The notes beneath the pieces are model-generated. The model made no database searches. It was not told the DNA's origin and saw nothing but the letters and a program-made list of their open reading frames with translations. Made by a program: the position numbers and the translations under genes. A stretch of DNA of 63,672 bases, filler included, from Sphacelaria rigidula (lineage: Eukaryota), in the NCBI GenBank assembly GCA_964200075.2. It is 11 parts of 11 records of this genome, joined end to end, with 100 filler letters (N's around TTAATTAATTAA, not from the genome) between each part and the next. Parts side by side here need not be neighbours in the genome. Positions count along the whole stretch, not along the records: positions 23,193 to 28,890 come from CAXNAA020025166.1; positions 28,991 to 34,687 come from CAXNAA020025167.1; positions 34,788 to 40,484 come from CAXNAA020025168.1; 8 more parts are not named here. One strand, given 5' to 3'. This document shows, piece by piece, positions 24,890 to 36,379 of the stretch (position 1 is its first letter; each line of letters starts with the position of its first letter).

Positions 24890-25981
24890 AGGCGAACCCG
24901 AGGGGGATCACTCCGCAGCACACGACGAAAGCCGTTGACGCGGCAATGCAATATGCCGCGCAGGCGCTCCGCTTTTGAGACGCTGAGGCTATTTGCCACA
25001 GCATCCGTCACGCTTTCCTCCAGCGCAGCCATTCGCGCGGACTCCTCTTCTGCCGGCTCATAAACATGTCGGGGCCACGCTCCACCAGGCGTTTCACCGC
25101 CTCACCCCGCTCCTCGGACACCTGCCCTCCCGCCTCTTGGAGGGCATCAACCGACAAGCTCACTCTGCGACTGGCCAAAAAAGTAAGCGTTTCGACACTC
25201 GAACCGGGCGACGGCATTTGCATTTTTAGGGACTCTAACAGCCGATCATACGGATCGACTCCGAGTCCCCGAAGCGTCGGTAAGCCCAACAGAACGACAC
25301 CATCCATCCCCGGCATGATCGCAAACGATATCGGGGGTAATTTCGCTGGCCCCCAGGTAGTCCTGAACGCCTGTAGGGGAATCGTACGCTCCGTGACATT
25401 TATACGTTGCCCCCATGCGGTGATGGCCTGCCGCGCCCCGAGCGAGAACGGAATGCTGATTTGCTCACCAGGGAGTAGACGCTCCAGCATCTCCACAATC
25501 AGCGCCGACACGCTCGTGAAATGGGCGCCTGAATCCAACACAGCGTTGATCGATATGGCTCCCCGCGCCCGCTGATTTGGGAGATATAACTCTGCAGGAA
25601 TATATTTGTCGTGATACTCGACCGGCACCCGCTCCGCCGACTGATTGGTCGTGATCCCCACTGACGCCACGGTTACGCGTGCGGCGCAGGCATAGATGCC
25701 CCCGCTGGGGTCACCGGCACCGGCGGCGGGTACGAAACCCCGCCCGCAGAACCAAATTGCAGCGGTGCTCCGGCCGACGCAGTAGCGGATCCAATTTTCA
25801 GCTGAAATCCGGCCGGCTCAGCAGCAGGCGTTTCGCCTTGCTCTGCTGCCGGCGGCGCCGGCACCGACCCCGACACTAGAGTGGTTGGTTCCATCTGCAC
25901 CGCCCGTTACGGAGCAGCAGCCCCTGCGGCTGAGCCGGACCCAGAACCGGACCCCTGCTGACGCCGCTGCCCCTGCTGCTG

Positions 25982-26030
<49 letters not shown>

Positions 26031-27480
26031 GAACTCGACTGTACACCTCCACTGCTGGAGGATCCGCCTCCGCCACCACCCCGATCACCTTTTCCTCCTT
26101 TGTGATTGCGAGGGCGCGCGGCACTCGCCTGCCCAGACTTCCCCTCGGAAGGCGTTGGGCACTTGCGTGCGTAGTGGCCTACCTGACCACACTGAAAGCA
26201 AGTGATATTGGCGGTGGCACTGCCTGCGGATTTTGATCTCGAAGCCTGCGGCAACGAAGTGGATGATTTCCCGAATACTCAAATCTTCCGCCATGCCCCT
26301 AAGCCTCAGCTCCCACGGTGCCCATAACTAAGTACGCGTCTGACTTCCAATCGGTTTCGCGCTGTAATCGCACAAGCACGGCCTATTTGAATTCCGCCGG
26401 TGCCAGACCCTCTACCATCGCTTCTGTGATCACCGCAGCGGACCCTGGACGGAATATCCCATCGCAGGAACGATTAACCATCTCGACGTTGGGATTTTCG
26501 GGAAAATATGTCTCCAACTTTCCCCATGATTGGCTCCACCCTCTCACGCATGGTCTTTCCCTTGTGGTTCATGGCAACAGCCTTCGCCACGGCCGCGGAC
26601 GCCTATGTTAGCTCTACCTCAGCGGCCGCCGCATGCCCTGCGGCGTTATTGTGTTCTTCTCATTGAATCTTCTCGCAAAAATGCGTTGGAGGGGGGTAGG
26701 CACGAGTTGCGCCATGGGAACCACCTGATGCCTTACCGCACCCCCCGCACTCGCATGCTCCACCCCCTTCTTGTATTCCACGTTTGGAGTATAAAACGAA
26801 CGAGAAGCACACTCGGAATACAATTTCCCGTAACTGGAAGGCCGCAACTCTTCTCTCAGAACAACTGGGGTTACGGTCGTCTCCGCTGGCTCTTCGGTCA
26901 GTACCTCCGTAGTCCACATTGCCGAGCGGACCTAATCGAAGGCTTGTGAACCTCCTTGAACTCCACAATTCACACCTGCCTTCGTCGCCGCACCACACAG
27001 CCGTGGGGTCCTATAAACTTCCGCTGCACGCACCTCCAGCAAGTAGTCTCCAGTCTGGATCAATCACGGGCCAGCCGCCTTTGCAGCTACCTCAGCTTGA
27101 AACCTCCTAACGCGTCCGTGAAGCAATATGTCCAAAGCTGTCCAGACTCCTCTCTGCTGAAATTTTTCCAGCAGTCACTAACGATAGCACTACTAGCACG
27201 ACTAGCACTAATACCGATATTGTGACGCCAGCAGATTGCTAGTACTGCAGCATCTAATGCTGCTGAGGGACTCCCCAGTTCCACTGACCTCAGTTTTCAG
27301 TTTTTAGGCTTCACAACATTTGTTATCATCACCCTGGAGTGCCACACAGGCCGCTCCATAAACCACATCATCAGGGTATCACCCCTGTGTCCATGTCATC
27401 ATCCATATCATCACTTCAGACCCCAAGTCATCATCCATAATATCACTATATTCTCAACGTCACGGTATGACTTTGTCACA
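24890..27480 (-). mobile_element. Ty3/gypsy LTR retrotransposon, decayed 5' half (LTR, gag, protease; RT/IN missing)
   Basis: Putative LTR 27221-27480 (TGTGAC..GTCACA); CCHC knuckle CFQCGQVGHYARKC at 26159-26200; aspartic protease AVLDSGA in ORF 25008-25670; stops and frameshifts; truncated after ..FRRVLRSDPP. Confidence 0.85.
25008..25670 (-). CDS. Retrotransposon aspartic protease (degenerate pol fragment)
   Basis: INAVLDSGAHFTSVS ... VVLLGLPTLRGLG retropepsin motifs. Confidence 0.8.
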   Translation of the reverse strand: MASVGITTNQSAERVPVEYHDKYIPAELYLPNQRARGAISINAVLDSGAHFTSVSALIVEMLERLLPGEQISIPFSLGARQAITAWGQRINVTERTIPLQAFRTTWGPAKLPPISFAIMPGMDGVVLLGLPTLRGLGVDPYDRLLESLKMQMPSPGSSVETLTFLASRRVSLSVDALQEAGGQVSEERGEAVKRLVERGPDMFMSRQKRSPREWLRWRKA

Positions 27481-27483
27481 GGG

Positions 27484-28815
27484 TGTAGTTAAGAAAAGTC
27501 AACTGTTTAGCTTCCATACCCGTTGCGAACTTCGGTCGGGAGTAAGTACGGTAGAGCAACGAAAGCTAGCTGTGATCGGGTTTGCCTGCCGTACTACCGA
27601 CAACCTTGCGTGAAAGCCACAAGACCTTTGCTCTCGGCCGTTGATGGCGTGGGCCTCAAATGCAACGACAAGTGGTTGATCGCAGAGCACTCTCGTCCCA
27701 GCTTGTAATGCATGACCTCCTCACATCGGAATAGTTCTGGAAAGCTACTCGTACTGTACCGAGGTGTTCACGCGACCAGCGTGTGCACTAGATTGCAGCA
27801 TAGACGGACTCCTATACGCCACGCTAGCAACAGTTAGGTCACCACCATAGGTATCTTATTCACTTCGCATGCCAAAAAGGTCTCTACAAGTGTTTGATCT
27901 CTCATACACCCACCTCACCTGGCGTGTGGCAGGCTGTTCTCGTCGGGCTCCCAGAGAGTCAGATGTGGGTAAAATCAACGATGAATAAGACCCCCCAAGT
28001 TCAAATTGAATCTATTTGTTATTGCCGCACCACCGCCCTTGCTGGCATGTGTGTGACAGAAAACAGTGGTAGCGATGACGGGAGTATTTCCCTGTTTTTC
28101 AACGACATGTTTTTCAGCGCACAGAGGCGCGTCCTGTCCAAAAGGAGAGGCAGAGAGAAATCGGCCTTCGCATTCGTGAGCTCGACAGGCAAGAAGAGAC
28201 GAGATGAAATCTCTCCGCAGCTCGGTGTTCTGGCACATGGAAAAATGGACACATGCTGGTAACATTGATGATGTCAGTCTCTCGAGAGTTTGGTAATCGC
28301 CGAGCGAGGACACACACAAAGGACACGGGCGAGGAGCTTCCTCTCTGTCGTTGCTTATCTCTCTGGTGATACCGTCATCGACACCCGTGTACACCGCATT
28401 CGTTAGGTGCACCTAGCCACAGCTGCTTAACTGCTGCGGGCTTTTTGGGGGGGAGGATGGCTTCGCTTGGTCGCAAGTGTTTCGCGCGATCCCTGCGAAA
28501 AAGAAATGCCACTTGAATCTCATTTTTGAGATGGACGCCATTTTCCAGGATCCACTGTTATTCGAGGAATTACACGGGGGAAGGAAACAGCCCTTGAGAA
28601 CATGTTCCCGAAGAAGCATTGAGGTGCAGAAATTATGTCCCTATTGTGCCCTGATAAAAACCAAGATTAATGGTGATGCTCTTCGACATGTGGAGGTATC
28701 GCGAGGACGTTCAGGTCCTACCACCGAGAAAAAATGTTTTTCCTTCTCTCTCTGGGGATGGACTGGATGGGTTCACGTACACCTCGAACAGGCTCATGGA
28801 TGGAAATCGTGTATA

Positions 28816-28880
<65 letters not shown>

Positions 28881-28890
28881 TACTATTACT
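27484..28890 (-). repeat. Right arm of contig-spanning inverted repeat (1407 bp), ends in (CTA)n
   Basis: Reverse complement of 23193-24599. Confidence 0.97.
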
Positions 28891-29319
28891 NNNNNNNNNN
28901 NNNNNNNNNNNNNNNNNNNNNNNNNNNNNNNNNNTTAATTAATTAANNNNNNNNNNNNNNNNNNNNNNNNNNNNNNNNNNNNNNNNNNNNGGGAAAGCAC
29001 TGTTTTAGGCTTGGGCCTCATCTCGAAGTTAAACCTCAATTCTCACAATTTGTTGTTCATTGCTCGTTGCAAAAATACTGAATGACTCGAGCACACGAGT
29101 CATGCTCGTTGTGTTTTCAAAGCACATGTACGAGTGCACTCATTTCGACAAGTAATGACTCGTCGGACGTGTGAGTAATGCCTTCGTACGACCGCGGCCC
29201 TAGACGTAGACCGTAAAGTAATGATCATGCGACGCTATGGCGTTATTCATACGACGGAATACGGTGATGGGCAGCCTACACCTGGCTCTGCTTTGATTTT
29301 TGATGGTCGTCAACGGCTG

Positions 29320-30825
29320 CATGCTCGGAATGCTCTCCCCGACGACGGTGCTGTCCTGCAGTACGTGCTCCTCCATGTGAGTGGCGAAGGCTATCTGTTT
29401 CTGGGTGGAGTGTCTACAAGCTGGAGGGTCCTCTGGTATCTGATGTGGGGGATCGAGTCCGGCTGCCGCTTTGGGGGAAAGGCAGCGAGGGATAGCGCTT
29501 GGAGCAAGATGGGCACGTGCCTTCTGGCTGCTAGAAACGGAGACATTAAAGCTCTACAGTACACCCGCCGTGTCGATTGTAAATGGAGCGAGAGAACGTG
29601 TCCCATAGCTGCCCAAGAGGGAGGCCTTGAGGTGATCCAGTGGAGCAGGGCTCACGGCTGCTCTTGGGACACGCTGACCTGTGCATGGGCTGCACGAGGG
29701 GCGCATCTGCGGGTGTTGCAATGGTGCAGGACCAACGGGTACCCCATGGAACGAGATGACCTGTGTCGGAGCTGCTGCAGGCGGACATGTGGAGGTGCTT
29801 CAGTGGTGCCGAGTCAAACGCCGTCTGTCCCTGAGGTGCCTTGACATTTGCCGCAGCAGCTGGGGCTGGGAATCTACAAGTGCTGAAGTGGTGCAAGGCC
29901 GACGGGTGCCCTCGGATCAAGTCTGGAAATCTAGAAGGGGGAAAAGCCTGCAGATCTAACCCCTACCAGTATGAATTTGTGGCGTGGCTTCCGCGCTTTG
30001 CCCGCAACAAGCGATCGCTTGGAGGTGCAGCCATCTGTGCTGCAGCCGCCAAAGAGGGACTCCTGGAAGCGCTTCAGTAGTGTAGGGCCAACGGTTGCCG
30101 TTGGGACGAGATGACGTGCGGGGTAACTGCCTCACGAGGACATTTGCAGGTGCTGAAATGGTGCCGAGAAATCGACTGCCTTTGACGCTTTAGCACGTGC
30201 ATCTACAATGCTCGAGAAAGGCACATGACTTTGCTGATTTGGTGCCGTGCTCGTGGCTGTCCCTTGGATGAAGCAACGTGCGAGGGGGCGGCTATATACG
30301 GGCACCTGGAGGTGTTGCAGTGGTGTCGTGCCCGTGGCTGCCAGTGGGATGGAAAGACATGGAAATGCGCTATCATGAACGGTCAGTTGCGTATACTACA
30401 GTGGTGCGGAGCGAGCGGCTGCCCGAGACCTAGGAGAACGCCTTGTACGAGTGTGAAAGTCTTGGTGTACTACGTTGGCCCCATGACAATTATCTGATTA
30501 GGGTGACCGATAGGAACATCGGGATAAATGCTTGGTGTAGTGCAGCCCGTTGGGGCAATCTAGAGGGGCTCCAGTGGCTCGGGGCCGAAGGGTGTTCAGG
30601 AAGCGAGCAGTTCACCCATTGAACCAGTGAGCGCTCACTGCTCGCTTCCTGGACAAAGGGCGCCCTTGGGAAAAGACGTAAAGCACGTTTGCGGCAATAT
30701 TTGAGCATCTCGAGTTACTAAAGTGGTGCAGGCAAACGGCTGCCCGTGGGATGCTGCGGAATGTGCGGTCAACGCGACATCAACTCAGAAACTCCACGTG
30801 ACCGGATGGCTACAGGCAAAAAGGT
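29320..30825 (+). pseudogene. Ankyrin-repeat protein pseudogene (giant-virus/algal 'WDExTCxxAAxxGHLExLQWCRxxGCP' type)
   Basis: Roughly a dozen ~25-aa repeats across ORFs 29221, 29681, 29841, 30225 and beyond. N-terminal F-box-like VLQYVLLHVSGEGYLFLGGVSTSWR. Several frameshifts, Trp->stop codons, no introns seen. Confidence 0.85.
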
Positions 30826-33011
30826 AATCCTTCCTCGCGCGTTTCTCTATGCTAGACCGGTCCGCGATGCTGGCTACGCTCCAGCACCTCCATACTTGCC
30901 ACGCTGGAGCTGGAGCTCATATTCGGTAGCCGTCGTTGTGTTCACAGGTATGCTAGGTAGCACATCCGGATGTATCGCATGAATTACCGTGGATACTGCT
31001 GTAACTGCTATCCTGAGGGAGTTCAATGGTACGACCTTTACGATTGGATGTTGCGAGGCATCTCTGTATATTGGCGCTGTACAACGTATCCGACACATGA
31101 TCATGTCGCCGAGTTGGATTGGGGCTATCCTGGTCTGTTTGGGGTTTCCTATGTGTACGCCCGGCGTCTGGTGATGAAAACGCTTGCAAGGTAGTCTCCG
31201 TAGTAACTCTCAACTCTCCATATTTTCGGGTGGTGTTGCGTAAAAAAATGCACAGAAAACATGCGTGCGCAGTTCTCCTCGGCTTGTAATTTTAGCTCTG
31301 GTTCTATCATAGCTCTGGTTGCCGTTCATCTTATGTCCTTGCTTTTCTCCTTGTATGTCGTGATTTTCATCTTAGTTCTTGCCATGCATGTTTCTCAGTC
31401 ACTTTTCGAGCCGGAGCATTCGTGTGCATAGGCAGCCAAAGGGGCACCTCGACGCACATCCTACGACGCTTCGGCGTTATCAGCGTGTGCACAATATCCA
31501 AGGACATGATTTTGAAGTTGTCAAATGCCCTCTCACAGCACATTAGCACCTTGTACACACATTGGTTATCACAACAAAGCATGGTGCACTGCAGTTCACG
31601 CTCCAAGGTACCCCGCTGGTTACCTGTCTGTATCGATTTTGTGCGGAGTTGGTTGATAGTTGTTGCCTAGTAACGCGGTCTCCAGATAGCGGACACATAA
31701 ACCGGTCCTACGACCTCGTTTTTTGTACGATCTTATGTTCAATACCCGGACGGAAGCCTGTCGGGGGTTATCGCGGGCCATTCATGGATCTCGCAGCGTT
31801 TCAGTATATTCCATTCGCTTCTGTTCTCCTCTCTTCTCGATCATTTTCCTCGAGTTTCCTATAGGGAGTGCCTACCTTTGCTTATGTTTGGGACGTGCGC
31901 TTCTTGCGACCAACGCAAGCCTCATGGCAGATCAGTTGATGCAGGAGGATCAATCAACCAATCGATATCCACACTCTTGACGTGTGGCACTTGGTGGGGT
32001 GTCATGACTCTGGGTACCACGTGAACGAATGTTAGTAGTCTTGATCAGCGGCATGCCCCGAAGTTTGGGTCTCACCCCGGGTCCGAATGTGTCCCTTGGT
32101 ACACGATCAGTTGTATTGCGGGGTCATGGCGGTGACTTGTGCTACAGATCGCAGCAGCAAATGAACGTCGCACGATTTGTAAGACCCTTCACCGGGCCTT
32201 GGGTACGATCGGTAAAATGCATGTTGACACCGGGACTGTGAGGAATTTTTCAGCTTGACGATCATAACGTGGGCTTCGTATCGATGTAGCATCCTGTACC
32301 GCGTGCAAGCGGCCATCTGAACACGACTTAGCATGGGCTTCTAAAGGTTCAGGGAAGTTGGGAGCCCCCTTTTATTTTTCCATGTGCTTTTGGAGCGCTA
32401 CAACATCTTTGCTTTTTGCTCGAACGAAATTTCATCATGGCCATCTCACTTGTCTTCCTGGGTTGTTCTCCTCCTTTTGTTGCTTATTTTTTGGGCACAT
32501 CCTTCCGCGGAGTAAGACTTTTTTGGCTGTAGGCTTCTGCAAGGATTATTTTTACTCCTTCCATTTGTGTTGTAGTCGTGTTCCCGTATAGGGTGCTCGT
32601 CGGCGTCTGAATCATCTACCGAGTCTACTCCTCCTCTTCGGCGCATCCCTTCCTCCGTTGGTAGTGTATTTGTATTTTCCGTCCTTGTCAGAGTGTTGCA
32701 TTTATAAAATTCCCAATTCGTTTGATGTGGGGCGATGTTCCTCTAACAGCCCGGATCCGTTTTTGAGGTTCAACATTTGGGTGAGGTTGAAGTTGCCATC
32801 GAAATTTCATTTGTTTCGCCCAGTAGGCTCGGGACTCGCAAGCGGTTTCGACCATGTAACTAGCCCTAACCCATAAGTTTCTGTACGGCAGCCCAAGCAT
32901 GATGGGCAGTCCAAGAGAAAAACCACCGTCATTGTGCGGCATCTTTTGAGCCGGACCTGCCTCTAAGCGCTACGGAACACGTAACAAAGCATGCTGAAAA
33001 CATACTTCTTT

Positions 33012-33405
33012 GGGTCTTGCTATTTACGTCAACGTTGACGTAATCTGTTACATCCGTCAACGTTCAGCGTCCGTCCCACAAGCCCCGCATGGACACAGCA
33101 ACACATGGAAAACACTCACACAGTCTCTAGCTATCGTTCAAGCCATCGCACGGAGCAAACGGACCCGTAACGGATGAGATACATGCTTGTCGCAGAGTGA
33201 GCACTCTTGTGGCATGCTACCATGCATCATGCATGTATCTTGTCTGTTACGGGTCCAAGTTGTTCCGTGCGATGGCTTGAACGATGGCTAGAAACTGTGT
33301 GAGTGTTTTCCATGTGTTGCTGTGTCCATGCGGGGCTTGTGGGACGGATGCTGAACGATGACGGATGTAACAGATTACGTCAACGTTGACGTAAATAGCC
33401 GGCCC
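33012..33405. mobile_element. Mutator-like (MULE) MITE, ~175-bp TIRs, 9-bp TSD
   Basis: TSD TACTTCTTT at 33003-33011 and 33406-33414; GGG..CCC termini; arms ~33012-33187 and 33231-33405. Confidence 0.9.
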
Positions 33406-33711
33406 TACTTCTTTGGACTAGTCATCGAGTTTTAGAGCGCCTCTTGTTGAGTATCTGAGACAGACTTCATACCGTTGCGCCGGCGGCGACCGCCGTCAGC
33501 GGAACGATCCAATACGGCCACAGACGCCAGCGATCTTCGAAACGCAGCATCATTCAGCAGTGTGCGGAGATATACCATCACCAGAGTACAGCATCACTAC
33601 AGTACAGTCGTCAGTTGGATAAAATGGATGCCCCACAATAACGCTGCATACACACACAACGGGGGTAAGGGTTAGTCCTACGCTTGGGGTTGTTTCGGCA
33701 GTAGCGCCCAT

Positions 33712-34429
33712 GCGAGGCGCTTCACCCAGTCTGAACCAGCTATCACGTCTTGTATGGCCACTTCCACTGTGGCTGTGTTGAGAACTGGTTTCGGGGTGGG
33801 GCTGTCGCAGGATACTGTAGTGCAACGCGCATGCGAAATTCGAGCCGTTTTTTTTTTAATGTAGAACCCGCGGTAGCTGTGGTTTGAATATCCCTCCTGT
33901 CGGTCCTAAAGGGGGTCTGAACTAGCGACGGAAAGTGCTGGCACCCTCTCCCTCAGATAGAATTCGTGACAACTATGGGGGTAATTGGGGAACATCGCTC
34001 GAAATGAAACATGTAGAAGAGTATTCAGGGGTATCGTGGTACATCTTTCCCTGTTAAAAATTGAAATTTCGTTGCTTCAACGCTTTATACCCGTTACAAT
34101 GAACTACTGCTTTCCAAGAAAACCATCCGTTATTTCAGGACTTCCCCTGGGCGCTAATCCTAACCCTGAGGTTGTCACGAATTCTATCTGAGGGAGAGGG
34201 TGCCAGCACTTTCCGTCGCCAGTTCAGACCCTCTTTGGAACCGACAGGAGGGATATTCAAACTGCAGCTGATGTGAGTTCCAAATTTTAAAAAACGGCTC
34301 GGATTTTGCAAGCACGTTGCGCTACAGTATCCTTCGACAGCCCCACCCCGAACCAGTTCTCAACACAGCCACGGTAGAAGTGGCCATACAAGACGTGGTA
34401 GCTGGTTCAGACTGGGTGAAGCGCCTCGC
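33712..34429. mobile_element. Foldback element with ~260-bp inverted arms
   Basis: Arms 33712-33973 and 34171-34429 (gcgaggcgcttcacccagtctgaaccagcta / tagctggttcagactgggtgaagcgcctcgc). Confidence 0.85.
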
Positions 34430-34485
34430 CTCCCGCACGCACCGCGGTCTGCACGAGCTCTGTGGTGGTGCGGCACACTGGGTTT

Positions 34486-34564
34486 TGTGACGGTTTAAGA
34501 GATAACCAACTAGACTACTGACCAGTCAGCAGTAGTCTAGCTGGTTGTCTCTTAAACCGTCACA
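34486..34564. mobile_element. 79-bp hairpin MITE, TGT..ACA termini, 4-bp TSD (Ginger/TDD-like signature)
   Basis: 35-bp arms with 2 mismatches, 9-nt loop, GTTT on both sides. Confidence 0.75.
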
Positions 34565-34899
34565 GTTTCCTTTCTTCGCCGAACACTTTCAACGATAAGC
34601 CCCCCCATAAAAGTGCATGGTTTTGGGAGGCAAAATCTTCACGTGAATCGAAATGGAATAAGCCGAGCACAACGAGAAGCTGGGAATNNNNNNNNNNNNN
34701 NNNNNNNNNNNNNNNNNNNNNNNNNNNNNNNTTAATTAATTAANNNNNNNNNNNNNNNNNNNNNNNNNNNNNNNNNNNNNNNNNNNNATGCCCTGGCGAA
34801 ACCCACACAAATTTTCAATACACAAAAACCAAGCGTGGGCCAGTGAGTGGCCTGCGAAATACTGTTCTGAATTTCTACCGATCCGATTCTTGAAAGGCG

Positions 34900-35165
34900 A
34901 ATGCGCCGGGCAATATTTAGAGTTGGACCCTGAAGTTTGGTATCGACAATGCACAGAGCATAATAAAAAATCGGGAAGAAGCACCCAAAGTATTTTTTTT
35001 GTTGTGAGTTAAGGGCAATAATCAGTTTTCAGGTTTCAGCAAAATGCCCTTAACTCACGAAGAAAAGAAGAAAAACTTCGGGTGCTTCTTCTCGATTTTT
35101 TATTATGCCTTATGCATTATCCATACCAAATTTGAGGGTCTAACTCCAAATATGGCCGGCGCATC
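34900..35165. repeat. Palindromic repeat with related inverted copy at ~37300-37700
   Basis: Arms ~34900-35020 and 35045-35165 (gcataataaaaaatcg.gaagaagcaccc / gggtgcttcttctcgattttttattatgc). Confidence 0.7.
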
Positions 35166-35476
35166 CGCCCGCAAACTTTCATGCAGCCTCTAGGCTGGCC
35201 CAGCTCGTACGCATACCACGGTATGGGATACCCCGGTAAATGCCGGGGGTACGCTTCGTACGGTACCTTACCTACGGTGTCTGTGCAATACATGGTGGGC
35301 TGCGTGACGCAAGATGATCGATACGAACACCGCCTTGCTGTACTAACTGACTGTTGTAGAAGTGACAGTTGTGCTTTTTCACTGCATGGTAGGTTGTACT
35401 TGACTGAAAGCACAGCACGGACAACAGTACACACAACAATACTGTAGTACTGTATTGTATGCATTGGCTGTAGTGA

Positions 35477-36073
35477 TGGCTGCCACCACAACTGCTGTCG
35501 CTGGTGCCCGCGGGCAGTCAGCGTGTTGCTTCATTGTCCTTCGCTTGCCAGTAGCGTGATGGCCATTAACCCCATGAGAATAGAACAGGGCAGGGTCGAT
35601 GACGAGTGCTGTACAGACACTCTGTATGTAGTTTGAACAGTATTGTAGCTCAGTTCAGGTCTGTGCATGCAGCGTGTTGTAAACAGCACTCGAATACAAT
35701 GCAAACTGCCTAAGCACCCAAGCCCTGTAGATACTACAACAGTAGCCTTCCTTACACTGTGGTCTTGTGTATACAGTCAATGCGGTCCTGTCTCTAGTGT
35801 GGTCTTATGTCTCTACAAGTCTTGAGTGCGTAGGCAGTCTGTACTTCATTGCGAGTGCTGCTCGCAGCACGCTGCATGCACACACCTGAACTGCGAGCTA
35901 CAATACTGTCTGTGCAAACTACATACGGAGTGTTTGTACAGCACTCGTCATCGACCCTGCCCTGCGCTTTTTTCATGGGGTAAAGAGCCACCATGATACA
36001 GGCGAGCGAAGGACAATGAAGCAACACGCTGACTACCCGCGAGCACCAGCGACAGCAGTGCTGATGGCAGCCA
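35477..36073. mobile_element. Foldback element with ~260-bp diverged inverted arms
   Basis: Arms 35477-35734 and 35809-36073 (tcagcgtgttgcttcattgtccttcgct; cagggcagggtcgatgacgagtgctgtaca). Confidence 0.8.
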
Positions 36074-36379
36074 AGCCGCCATGGCTGCTGTCGTGGACTG
36101 GAGGGTGTGTTGGCGGTGCGACGGGATTTCAAGCGCGTTTTCAATAACAATTTCCGATACCCCAAAGCTATCAGAAAATCCTGGTTTTCTGATAAATCTG
36201 GGCTATCGGAAAATGTTATCAGAAAAAAATCGAAAACGTTTTGAAAAAAATGCGTTTTCTGCGTTTTCTGATCATATAAGAAGTGGGTTTTTGGTAATTT
36301 ATCAGAAAACGCGTTTTTTCAATAGAGTTTTTTTTCAGACATGAGGAGTAGCCGATGGGTCACCGTCAGCATCACGTAC

